NCBI GenBank assembly: GCA_963704645.1
Contig: OY969926.1
Location: 256,001-320,000 of the forward strand
Source: an uncultured bacterium
GTDB lineage: Bacteria > Patescibacteriota > JACMRA01
Reading direction: 5' to 3'
Length of the DNA: 64,000 nt
Below the pieces are notes generated by a model. That model had not been told where the DNA came from, ran no database searches, and saw only the letters and a list, made by a program, of their open reading frames with translations. A program made the position numbers and the translations under genes. Of this stretch, positions 1-8,971 are shown in pieces (the first letter of the stretch is position 1; the number at the start of each line of letters is the position of its first letter).

Positions 1-369
1 AAATGAAGTACTAACAATTAGTATTAGAACTGAAGCCGTAATTGCGTCAGCCCAAGTTACTCCAATCCAATCTGTTTGTCTGTATATGAAATAGAATAAA
101 AACGAGAAAAATATTCCAAATAATGCAAATTCGGGAAGTAATACCCAAACCCAACCTGAAATACTATTATTTAAGTATGGCCAGAATACATTAAAAACCA
201 TAGCTTGATCTATAAGCCATCTAAATGAAAAAAAAGTTACTATAAAGATTAACACAACGACAAAAGTAAGTATAATATTATTTAAAGTAAATATATACTT
301 TGGTTTAGGTTGAATCTTTAATTCTTTTTTAATTCTTTCAATAATTTTGGGTGACGGTGTCTGGTTCAT
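1..369 (-). CDS. Membrane protein, candidate anti-sigma factor (runs off the window edge)
   Basis: Manually translated frame MNQTPSPKIIERIKKELKIQPKPKYIF... stays open to position 1. It has several hydrophobic segments and its start overlaps the end of the ECF sigma gene. Confidence 0.65.
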   Translation of the reverse strand, partial: MNQTPSPKIIERIKKELKIQPKPKYIFTLNNIILTFVVVLIFIVTFFSFRWLIDQAMVFNVFWPYLNNSISGWVWVLLPEFALFGIFFSFLFYFIYRQTDWIGVTWADAITASVLILIVSTSF

Positions 370-925
370 AATTAAGTTTATGAAATTGATTTTTAATAAT
401 TTTTTGGGCTCTTTGCCTAGCTCTATGTATAGAAACTGTAACAGTTTGAGGCCTTTCTTTAAGTATATCGGAAATTTCCTTAACACTTTTTTCTTCTAGA
501 TAAAATAAAGTTAATAGGTTTCTATCTTTTTCTTTTAAAGTTTTTAGTAGTTTTTCAAGATCATCTTTTTGATGAAAAGTAAGATTTGGAGTAAAAATAA
601 AATGATCTAAATTGTCTTCTAGCGGCACTATTTTATATTTTCTTTTTCGTAAAATATCTATAGCTTGATTATGGGCAATACGATATATCCAACTGGAAAA
701 TTTAAGTTTAGGATTAAATCCATTTAAGCTTAGATAGGCTTTTAACATTGTTTCAGATAAGGCGTCTTCGGCGTCTTCCACATGAAAATACATTATTCTA
801 AGTAAATAATTATAAAGCCGTTTACTGTACCGGTTTACTATTAGTTCAAATAATTCAAGGTTTTCACTAAGAATTTTTTCAACCAACTCTTCATCGCTTA
901 TTGAATCATACATGTTTCCAGCCAA
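338..925 (-). CDS. ECF (sigma-70 group 4) RNA polymerase sigma factor
   Basis: Region 2 motifs DAEDALSETMLKAY and FSSWIYRIAHNQAID; region 4 HTH motif SVKEISDIL...TVTVSIHRAR. Confidence 0.92.
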   Translation of the reverse strand: MAGNMYDSISDEELVEKILSENLELFELIVNRYSKRLYNYLLRIMYFHVEDAEDALSETMLKAYLSLNGFNPKLKFSSWIYRIAHNQAIDILRKRKYKIVPLEDNLDHFIFTPNLTFHQKDDLEKLLKTLKEKDRNLLTLFYLEEKSVKEISDILKERPQTVTVSIHRARQRAQKIIKNQFHKLNYEPDTVTQNY

Positions 926-998
926 TTGTTTCTAAATAAACTTTGAATAATATTTTTTGTTGTGTTGGTCAATTTTAATTGGTATTATTAATAAACAA

Positions 999-1017
999 GG
1001 CGGGAATTCCACCCGCC
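999..1017 (-). terminator. Hairpin/intrinsic terminator between the fasciclin and sigma genes
   Basis: GGCGGG-N7-CCCGCC stem followed by a T-rich run on the minus strand. Confidence 0.6.
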
Positions 1018-1039
1018 AAGTTACTTGTTTGCGTATTAA

Positions 1040-2038
1040 TTAGCTAACAGGAATTAAAACAGTGTCAATTACATGGATAATTCCATTGGAGGCTTGAATG
1101 TCTGTAGTAACAACTTTTACATTGTCATTTAAGAATACTTCACCATTTTTAACAGTAATTTTTACATTACCACCTTGAACGGTTTTAGCATTAGTTAACT
1201 TTACAACTTCAGAAGCAGGAACTTTTCCAGCTACAACGTGGTAAGTCAAAATCTTAGCTAATTCAGCTTTTTGAGCAGGATCAGTAAGAAGAGCGTTTAC
1301 TGTAGCAGCAGGAAGTTTAGCGAAAGCAGCGTCAGTAGGAGCAAAAACTGTAAATGGTCCAGGACCTTTTAATGTAGTTACTAAATCGGCAGCTGTAAGT
1401 GCAGCAGCTAAAGATTTAAAGTTACCAGCAGCAACAGCTGTGTCAACAATGTCTTTAGGTGTAGCAGGAATTAAAACAGTGTCAATAACGTGAATAATTC
1501 CATTGGAGGCTTGAATATCTGTAGTAACAACTTTTACATTGTCGTTTAAGAATACTTCGCCATTTTTAACAGTAATTTTTACGTCAGTGCCTTGTACGGT
1601 CTTAGCTGAAGTTAATTTTACAACTTCAGAAGCAGGAACTTTTCCAGCTACAACGTGATAAGTTAAAATCTTTGTTAATTCAGCTTTTTGAGCAGGATCA
1701 GTAAGAAGAGCGTTTACGGTAGCAGCAGGAAGTTTAGCGAAAGCAGCGTCAGTAGGAGCAAAAACTGTAAACGGTCCAGGACCTTTTAATGTAGTTATTA
1801 AATCAGCAGATTTAAGTGCAGCAGCTAAAGATTTAAAGTTACCAGCAGCAACGGCTGTGTCAACAATGTCTTTAGTTTCTACTTTTTCTGCAGGCTTTGG
1901 CGTATTTGTAGTTGTTGTTGAAGAACTATTTTTATCGTTATTATTATTGTTACTAATAGCAGCGTTTATTGAAAAGCCTGCAATTAGAATAACAGCAACA
2001 GCAGCGATAGAAATACTTATTTTAGTTTGGTTTGTCAT
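1040..2038 (-). CDS. Secreted fasciclin (2x FAS1) protein
   Basis: N-terminal hydrophobic anchor, then two copies of [13 protein letters not shown]...ILTYHVV...[13 protein letters not shown]. Confidence 0.95.
   Translation of the reverse strand: MTNQTKISISIAAVAVILIAGFSINAAISNNNNNDKNSSSTTTTNTPKPAEKVETKDIVDTAVAAGNFKSLAAALKSADLITTLKGPGPFTVFAPTDAAFAKLPAATVNALLTDPAQKAELTKILTYHVVAGKVPASEVVKLTSAKTVQGTDVKITVKNGEVFLNDNVKVVTTDIQASNGIIHVIDTVLIPATPKDIVDTAVAAGNFKSLAAALTAADLVTTLKGPGPFTVFAPTDAAFAKLPAATVNALLTDPAQKAELAKILTYHVVAGKVPASEVVKLTNAKTVQGGNVKITVKNGEVFLNDNVKVVTTDIQASNGIIHVIDTVLIPVS
1048..1875. repeat. Intragenic tandem duplication with a 417-bp period (1048-1458 and 1465-1875)
   Basis: The two FAS1 domains are encoded by near-identical DNA. 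Confidence 0.92.
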
Positions 2039-2089
2039 AATTGTGAATAATGGGTTGTAGACAGTTTTCCGGAAGTGTCTATAAGGTAG

Positions 2090-2115
2090 TACGATAAAAA
2101 AACAAAAACATTACA
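2090..2115 (-). promoter_or_regulatory. Candidate ECF-sigma promoter TGTAAT-N16-CGTA
   Basis: Lies upstream of the fasciclin-sigma unit and resembles the SigW-type consensus TGAAAC-N16-CGTA. Confidence 0.5.
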
Positions 2116-2334
2116 CTTTTTAGTTTATACGTTATAAGTATTTAATATTTACTGATATATACGATAAATTTGAACGCTATAAAACTAACCAATAATTCAG
2201 AATTCTAGCATGGTTTTTAACGCGGTCAATAAAATTATTTCATAAGTACTTTCAAAATCTTAGATAAACAAAAAAGCTTAACCATTATAGTAGTTAAGCT
2301 AATTAATTATTTAATCTTGTGAATAATTGAAACC

Positions 2335-2733
2335 TTAAAGGTTATCAAACCATTCATTGCTAAAATCTGTGTACATTTTGCCATCATAAAAAACTTGATG
2401 ACCGTGTTTGTTGGCAAATTCAACCAACTCTTCAATTGTTATTAACAATTTAGATGAATAACGAATTATTACTTTTTCGCCATTTGCAATTTCTATAATT
2501 GAATCAATTGTTCCATTCCATCGAAAAGGTGGCAAGCAAATTTCTGCACTTTTTCTACTGTATCCATATTCAGGAAGACGCAAAACACCGTAACCAATAT
2601 ATAATGAAATATTGTTTCTTGCTAAAAGGCTAAATACACCAGCTGTATCTAGACGTAAACAACCAAGAAAGTCTATGTAATTCGGAAAAAGTAATAGTTT
2701 TACTACTTTTGGTGAAGAGTATAAATTACTCAA
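2335..2733 (-). CDS. Hypothetical protein
   Basis: 132-aa ORF with a purine-rich SD-like sequence upstream and an AGCTTAAC/GTTAAGCT hairpin downstream (~2276-2300). Confidence 0.55.
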   Translation of the reverse strand: MSNLYSSPKVVKLLLFPNYIDFLGCLRLDTAGVFSLLARNNISLYIGYGVLRLPEYGYSRKSAEICLPPFRWNGTIDSIIEIANGEKVIIRYSSKLLITIEELVEFANKHGHQVFYDGKMYTDFSNEWFDNL

Positions 2734-3003
2734 TATCTTACCCCCTTAAATATTCTACTAACCTTTAATTTAGTTATTATTTTATTAATTTGTACAAGGT
2801 TATTTTAAAAATTGCTGTTGAATATTAAAATTTTCCCCTATACAAATAATATCTAAATGTAAAATAAAGAGCTAACCTAATAAAACTATGGTCGCTTTAA
2901 CAAATGGAAGAAACAATAGGGTAAACCGGTGAAGCAGGTTTTAGAGGTGTTTTTAGGGCTTAATATAATTGACAATTATTCTAGTAAAAAGCAATACAAC
3001 ACT

Positions 3004-3357
3004 ATGATCACAGTCTACGGAATTACCAATTGCAGCACAGTGCAAAAAGCTAGGAATTGGCTTGAACAAAACAAAATTGAGTATAATTTCCATGATTATA
3101 AAAAAGTTGGAATAGATAGCCAACACTTACAAAAATGGATTAACAAATTTGGCTGGGACAAAGTTTTGAACATGCAAGGCATGATGTGGCGAAAAGCCAG
3201 CGACGAAGAAAAATCCAAGGTTGTAGATGAAAAATCTGCTATTGAGTTTATGATTAAAGTTCCAAATTCTATTAAGAGGCCGATTGTAGAGTTGGAGGGT
3301 GGGGAGGTTTTGAGGGGGTTTGATGAGTTGGAGTGGAAAAGAAGGCTAGAATTATAG
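3004..3357 (+). CDS. ArsC/Spx/MgsR (YffB-like) family protein
   Basis: Motifs YGITNCSTVQKARNWL, FHDYKK and IKRPIVE. Start taken as ATG 3004, 35 nt after TTGACA at 2969. Confidence 0.9.
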   Translation: MITVYGITNCSTVQKARNWLEQNKIEYNFHDYKKVGIDSQHLQKWINKFGWDKVLNMQGMMWRKASDEEKSKVVDEKSAIEFMIKVPNSIKRPIVELEGGEVLRGFDELEWKRRLEL

Positions 3358-3380
3358 AATTCATAACACATAATGCCTGT

Positions 3381-6300
3381 ATGAATTTATTTGATAGCGA
3401 ACAAGACCCTTCTAAAATATCTCCTTTAAAAAACAGGGCTGCAGAAAGTGAAATTAAAGGAATTATAAAAATACAAAACTATTTAGCTAACTTCCACCAA
3501 GATTCAAGAAGTAAAGGCTTACTGATTGAAGATAAAATTAATTACAAAGACACTGAGAGGACACACGATGGATTTATACAATTTCATTTTAATAACAACC
3601 AGTTTGATAACATTGTTCCTGTTTGGTCGCAAGTTAAATCACAAAAAAAATGGCAAGGGAGTTGGGAAATAACCGATAAAAATATTCTTGATTACAAAGC
3701 TAGAGGGATAGATACTAACACATTTGTTTGGTTAATGACTTTACGCAGTGAACAAAAAGTATATTATAGAATTTTAAACTACAACGATTATTACAAGCTA
3801 ATAAAATCAAAAGATGAAAAAAGGTATATAGAGTTTGATAGAAAGAAATTTTTTCAAAATGATTGGGAAACAGTTAATCAGTTTTTTACCGATTGGAAAA
3901 GGGAGTATTATAAAATAAGACAGATTGATTCAGATTTAGAAATCCCAAAAAAAGAGCTTTCAGATTATGATAAATCTCTTGATAAGATAAAGCCAATTTT
4001 AAAATCAACCATTATATCGCGTAAAGAAGTTTCTGAAAGTAATAGGGTAATAGATCTTTTAGATAAAATAATAAAAATTGGTAACAACCCTTGGACTGAA
4101 GATTTAACTGATACTTTGAAAGAAAATCCAACATTACAATCAAGGTTTTTCGAGATTTTAGAAAGTAAAGACATCAAAACAATTAATAGAGCATTTAAAT
4201 TTGTTATACCAAAATTAATACATATTATTACAGAAAAACCTAAAATTAATTTCCAGGATTGGAAAACTGCGAGGAGATTATTTTTATACATACTTAACAA
4301 ATACAATTGTGAGAACAAGAACGATAATAAGGTACAGGAGTATTATCAAAATATAATTTTAAACTTAGATATTAACCAATACGAAGACTTAGAGCAATTG
4401 AATTTAATATTTAATGGATTAAATGATGTTGATGAAATAACAAGTGAATTGAGGATAAAAATTTTAGAAATTATCGAAAATATTCAATCAACTAATTACC
4501 CAATATTCTTTAGCCTGTCCAGGTTTGTAAGTAAACACTTTTATAAATACCCCAGGGAATGTACCATAATTTTTTCTAAAATAATTCAAGATTCAAACAT
4601 GTCTAGTCATGGTTTTGATTCTGATGGACAACATATTATAAATGAGTTTTTTAGAAAATTTCCAAATGAGAAAAAAATAGAATATAAGCAATATTTAATT
4701 AAACTTGCCGTAGAGTCATTAGTAAAATCTGCAAATGAAGATAAAAGTTTAGATTTAAATGAACATTCAATATATAAATATGAAAGTTTTCCATTACATT
4801 ATTTACATTTTTCTAAAGAAGATGAAATTGAAAATGATAATATTTCATATTTTGACTTTTTATGGAAATTATTAAAGGAAAATTTTGCACCTGCTGAAAT
4901 AACTAATATTTTTGATACTTGGTTTGGCTCTAAAAATATCTATGAGTCTTTAGTGTTTTTTGCATTTAGGTATTCTAAAATGAATGATTTAGCTTATGAT
5001 AAAATAGATTTGTTACTTACAGAAATAAACAAATTAGATTTTGGAAAATGGGATAAACCTCCAAAACAAAGTTTTTGGCTTGAAGAAAAGGAACCTTATA
5101 TAACAACTATTCACTCTGGATACGTAACAGAAGAAATGATAGTCACTGAATGGCAACAAAAATTACCCAAAACTAGAGATTCATACTTAAATTGGGGCCA
5201 CCAAGATTGGCAAAAAGATGTAGAATTTGAAATTCAAAACAACCAAAATAGCTTTGATTTTTCATATAATATTGAAAAAGTGCTTAAATCATATCTCATT
5301 AAAAGCAAACTTGAAATAGAAGAATTAATAACTTTCTTTGCAAGTATCAATTATGCTAATAATATTGAATTAAAAAATTCTTACTTATTAGCTTGTGTAA
5401 AAATATTAGAAGAAAGTACAATCTTAAAAATTGAACAAGCTAAAATTTTAATTGATCAAATAAATAGTAAAAATATTGTTCTGTCTGGAGAATTGGGCAA
5501 AGTTATCCTGTGGTTTTTTGAGAAAAGTTTTGAAGATATAAAGATGGAAAGTACAGTAGTTGGAAACTTATATACAATAATAACTAGTTTTTTAAAAGAA
5601 TACGTGCTTGAAGACAAGTATCAAACCAATTTAAACCACCAAGATATAAGAATCAAAAAGGTGAAGGTTACAGCAGGAACAATTATTAACACTCCAACTG
5701 GAGTAGCTTTTGAAATACTAATCTTTAAATTATGGTATCATTATTTAAATACAGAAAAAGATATCGAAATTTTAGAATTTATTAAATCTCAATTTGAAAA
5801 CAATAAACCCCTGGTAAAAGATTCAATTTTATTTTGCCTTGGCCACTCATCAAAGGAAATTTTAGATAAATACTGGGTTAAATTCATTGATAACATAGTA
5901 AAAGAAAGCCTAAAAGAGGATTACGATTATGGTCGTTTTATATTTTTATTGTATATCATAAATAGATGGCTTATAAAATCGGTAGACTATAGAAACGACT
6001 TGCAAAAATGGGTAAAAGTATTTCTTGAAACATTTGGAGAAGATGAAAGAGATGAGTATTTATCAGCCTGTATTCACCAAATTTATGCAATTGAAATTTG
6101 GACAGGAATTTTTCAAAAACAGCTTGGCAGTTTCAAGGTATTGAATGATGAGGTAAAATATGAACTAAGTAGAACAATTTTGAGCACAGCCGAAAAATAT
6201 AGGACATTTTTTAAAGATAAAGAAAACAAAGTATTTCTTGAAAAAAGATTATTCAGTTATATTGACGCGGCTATAACCTTCTTAAATAAACATGATTTGA

Positions 6301-6716
6301 AAAAATACAAAACAGATAATTTCTTTAGATCAATAGTTTACGATTATGAAGAAACTTCTAAACTAGAAGAATATTTTGAATATTGGCTTAGCGAAGATAG
6401 GAAACCTTATTTTATAAAAATATTAGATATGAAAGAAGCATATTCGTATTTATATGATCCTGAATTTTTAAAGGAGAGGTATATTGTTGAAAGCAAAAAA
6501 CTAAGAAATTTTGCCATAGAATTTTTAGAAATATATTTAGAATCTAAAAGAAAATTAGAAGACATTGATTTATTAGCTAAAAAAATCATTTTCATAGTTA
6601 AAACAGATAACTTGTACCTAGATCCAAGAGTAAAAAACATCAGTGAAATGCTTATATCAATTAGTAGTTTGGAAAAAGTAATAGAATTAAGCCAAATTTT
6701 AACTGAAAACAGTTAA
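3381..6716 (+). CDS. Large protein with an N-terminal PD-(D/E)xK (DUF4365-like) nuclease domain and a long alpha-helical region
   Basis: Motif KD-x4-HDG...WSQVKSQ near the N-terminus; the rest is helical and rich in I/L/K/E, with no Walker A seen. Start taken as ATG 3381 (ORF track: 3333). Confidence 0.6.
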   Translation: MNLFDSEQDPSKISPLKNRAAESEIKGIIKIQNYLANFHQDSRSKGLLIEDKINYKDTERTHDGFIQFHFNNNQFDNIVPVWSQVKSQKKWQGSWEITDKNILDYKARGIDTNTFVWLMTLRSEQKVYYRILNYNDYYKLIKSKDEKRYIEFDRKKFFQNDWETVNQFFTDWKREYYKIRQIDSDLEIPKKELSDYDKSLDKIKPILKSTIISRKEVSESNRVIDLLDKIIKIGNNPWTEDLTDTLKENPTLQSRFFEILESKDIKTINRAFKFVIPKLIHIITEKPKINFQDWKTARRLFLYILNKYNCENKNDNKVQEYYQNIILNLDINQYEDLEQLNLIFNGLNDVDEITSELRIKILEIIENIQSTNYPIFFSLSRFVSKHFYKYPRECTIIFSKIIQDSNMSSHGFDSDGQHIINEFFRKFPNEKKIEYKQYLIKLAVESLVKSANEDKSLDLNEHSIYKYESFPLHYLHFSKEDEIENDNISYFDFLWKLLKENFAPAEITNIFDTWFGSKNIYESLVFFAFRYSKMNDLAYDKIDLLLTEINKLDFGKWDKPPKQSFWLEEKEPYITTIHSGYVTEEMIVTEWQQKLPKTRDSYLNWGHQDWQKDVEFEIQNNQNSFDFSYNIEKVLKSYLIKSKLEIEELITFFASINYANNIELKNSYLLACVKILEESTILKIEQAKILIDQINSKNIVLSGELGKVILWFFEKSFEDIKMESTVVGNLYTIITSFLKEYVLEDKYQTNLNHQDIRIKKVKVTAGTIINTPTGVAFEILIFKLWYHYLNTEKDIEILEFIKSQFENNKPLVKDSILFCLGHSSKEILDKYWVKFIDNIVKESLKEDYDYGRFIFLLYIINRWLIKSVDYRNDLQKWVKVFLETFGEDERDEYLSACIHQIYAIEIWTGIFQKQLGSFKVLNDEVKYELSRTILSTAEKYRTFFKDKENKVFLEKRLFSYIDAAITFLNKHDLKKYKTDNFFRSIVYDYEETSKLEEYFEYWLSEDRKPYFIKILDMKEAYSYLYDPEFLKERYIVESKKLRNFAIEFLEIYLESKRKLEDIDLLAKKIIFIVKTDNLYLDPRVKNISEMLISISSLEKVIELSQILTENS

Positions 6717-6720
6717 GTTC

Positions 6721-6832
6721 GTTTATGATTAAAGTTCCAAATTCTATAAAAAGACCAATTGTTGAGTTAGAAGGTGGGGAAATTTTAAAGGGGTTTGACG
6801 AGGCAGAGTGGAGAAAAAGTTTGAATGCTTGA
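6721..6832 (+). pseudogene. Displaced 3' fragment of the ArsC-family gene
   Basis: Translates FMIKVPNSIKRPIVELEGGEILKGFDEAEWRKSLNA*, matching the C-terminus of 3004..3357. Confidence 0.88.
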
Positions 6833-6960
6833 ACATAATTTAAATTTGTTTATTTAACAGAAATTTTTCAAAGCTTTAGCTGCGGAATATAGCGAAAAAA
6901 GCTTATAACAAGTCAAAAATAGTGTTTGACACTAAAGCAAATGTCTTGTGGTATTGAAGT

Positions 6961-7854
6961 ATGACCAAATCTAATTGGAGTGTTGAAAACATACCTAATC
7001 AAACTAATAAAATAATTATAATTACTGGGGCTACAAGCGGTCTTGGTAAGGAAGCCACTAAGGTTTTGGCAAAGAAAAATGCTACGGTAGTAATGGCAGT
7101 TCGCAATACTAAAAAAGCAGATATAGTGGCAAATGAAATTCGCTTAGATTACCCAGAAGCCAAATTAGATATACGCCAATTAGATTTAGGTAGTTTAAAG
7201 TCTATAAAAGCTTTTACTAGCAATTTCTTAAAAGACTATGACAAATTGGACATATTAATTAACAACGCCGGTGTAATGGCTTGTCCTTATTCTAAAACAG
7301 AGGATGGTTTTGAAATTCAGATGGGAACCAACCATTTTGGTCCTTTTGCTCTTACTGGTTTATTGTTTGATTTATTAAAGAAAACACCCAATTCAAGAAT
7401 TGTTTCCACTTCTAGTTTTGCACATTTACGAGGTAATATTAATTTTTCTGACATCAATTGGGAGACTAGGAAATATAATACCGCCAAAGCCTACGCTGAT
7501 AGTAAAATTGCCAACTTATATTTTACATATGAATTAGCAAAAAAATGCCAAGATGGTCACCCTTTGGTAACAGTGGCTCACCCTGGTTGGACTAAAACAG
7601 AGCTAGACAGACATTCTGGAATAGCAGCATTTTTAGGTAATATTTTGGCACAAAAAGTAGATATGGGAACATTACCAACTCTTCGCGCAGCATTTGATTC
7701 TGAAGCCAAATCTGGACATTTCTATGGACCGAACGGACTTTTTGGAATTAAAGGTTATCCTGTAAAAGTAAAATCTAATGAACTATCTCATAGTGAAACT
7801 ATAGCTAAAGAATTGTGGGAAGTCTCGCAGAAAGCGACTGGAGTTAATTATTAG
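6961..7854 (+). CDS. SDR family oxidoreductase (retinol-dehydrogenase/WWOX-like subgroup)
   Basis: Motifs TGATSGLG, NNAGVM, GTNHFG and YADSK. Confidence 0.93.
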   Translation: MTKSNWSVENIPNQTNKIIIITGATSGLGKEATKVLAKKNATVVMAVRNTKKADIVANEIRLDYPEAKLDIRQLDLGSLKSIKAFTSNFLKDYDKLDILINNAGVMACPYSKTEDGFEIQMGTNHFGPFALTGLLFDLLKKTPNSRIVSTSSFAHLRGNINFSDINWETRKYNTAKAYADSKIANLYFTYELAKKCQDGHPLVTVAHPGWTKTELDRHSGIAAFLGNILAQKVDMGTLPTLRAAFDSEAKSGHFYGPNGLFGIKGYPVKVKSNELSHSETIAKELWEVSQKATGVNY

Positions 7855-7867
7855 GAATTACTAAGTA

Positions 7868-8971
7868 ATGAAGGTTTTTAACTTTATGAACCCTCCAACC
7901 AACTTCACACCTAAAACCAATTCTGAGTTGTTGGCATATTGCTCGGCTATTAGACCTGTAGAATACGAAAGCAGCCGCAATAGTGTAAACGGTAAAGTTA
8001 CAATGCTTTCACCCTACATCACCGCTGGTATAATTTCCCTAGCTAAGATCAAATCGGTTATTCTTCAAAAGCACAGTCTACAGAATTCAATGAAGCTGAT
8101 TCAGGAACTGTCTTGGAGAGACTATTTTCAGTCTGTACATTTAAGCATGGGGGATGAAATATTTAAAAGTATAAAGAGAGAGCAAGAATTTGGACTTTTT
8201 GATGAAATACCAACTGCTATTTTAGAGGCAAAAACTGAGATTAAAGTTATAGATAATGCTGTTACAAAACTTTATGAAACAGGATATTTGCATAATCACG
8301 AGCGTATGTGGCTTGCAATGCTTATTTGCAATATTGCCGGAACAAAATGGCAGGTTGGGGCTAAATGGATGTATTATTATTTACTTGATGGAGATCTGGC
8401 ATCTAACACACTATCATGGCAATGGGTGGCGGGAACTTTTTCTTCTAAAAAATACTTTGCTAATCAAGAAAATCTTAATAAATACGGAAATAGCCAAGAT
8501 AGGCAATTTGGAACTATTTTAGATAAAAGCTACGAAGAGATAAGCCAAAACTCAGATGAAAAAATTGTACCAAGCTTGTTTAGTGATCGAAGTTCAATAA
8601 TTCTTGAAAATAACACAAATTATCTGGCTAGTTTTTTTGAAGAAGCCAACAAACTTGATGATCAAAACACGTGTTTTACAATAAATACAATTACACCTGA
8701 TTTGAGTGAAAAGCCCAATCCTGTTTTGGTTTTTATTGAAGATCCAGAATGGTTAATTTCCAAAAAAAGAATTGACTTTGTAGTTGCTCAAATAAAACTA
8801 ATTGCGCCAGATACAAAACTGCTGGTTGTACAAAAGAATGATGAAAATAACCAAGATTTAATTAAAAAATTACCAAAACAAGAACGACTACACCCCACTC
8901 TAACTGATTATTATCAATCTTTTTTCAAGTTTTGGAGTAAAGCCGAAAAGCTAATTATTGAGGGAAATTAA
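7868..8971 (+). CDS. Short DNA photolyase with an N-terminal FAD-binding domain (inverted, NewPHL-like)
   Basis: Motifs LSPYITAG, ELSWRDYF, TGYLHNHERMW and LLDGDLASNTLSWQWVAGT; no N-terminal antenna domain. Confidence 0.85.
   Translation: MKVFNFMNPPTNFTPKTNSELLAYCSAIRPVEYESSRNSVNGKVTMLSPYITAGIISLAKIKSVILQKHSLQNSMKLIQELSWRDYFQSVHLSMGDEIFKSIKREQEFGLFDEIPTAILEAKTEIKVIDNAVTKLYETGYLHNHERMWLAMLICNIAGTKWQVGAKWMYYYLLDGDLASNTLSWQWVAGTFSSKKYFANQENLNKYGNSQDRQFGTILDKSYEEISQNSDEKIVPSLFSDRSSIILENNTNYLASFFEEANKLDDQNTCFTINTITPDLSEKPNPVLVFIEDPEWLISKKRIDFVVAQIKLIAPDTKLLVVQKNDENNQDLIKKLPKQERLHPTLTDYYQSFFKFWSKAEKLIIEGN

Larger units (their letters stand above)
3246..6832. mobile_element. Single-gene insertion bounded by a duplicated 3' end of the ArsC-family gene
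   Basis: 27-bp identical core at 3246-3272 and 6721-6747, with homology continuing for about 90 bp. No integrase lies inside. Confidence 0.7.

Noticed and set aside
3246-6832. Diversity-generating retroelement (VR/TR pair)
   Set aside because: Mismatches are adenine-biased, but there is no reverse transcriptase or Avd in the window. The changes are mostly synonymous, four mismatches are not at adenines, and the target is not a lectin/Ig-type protein.
6961-7854. SDR as the retinal supplier for the rhodopsin
   Set aside because: This SDR subgroup is widespread with varied substrates and the gene is 19 kb from the rhodopsin; the sequence gives no specific support.
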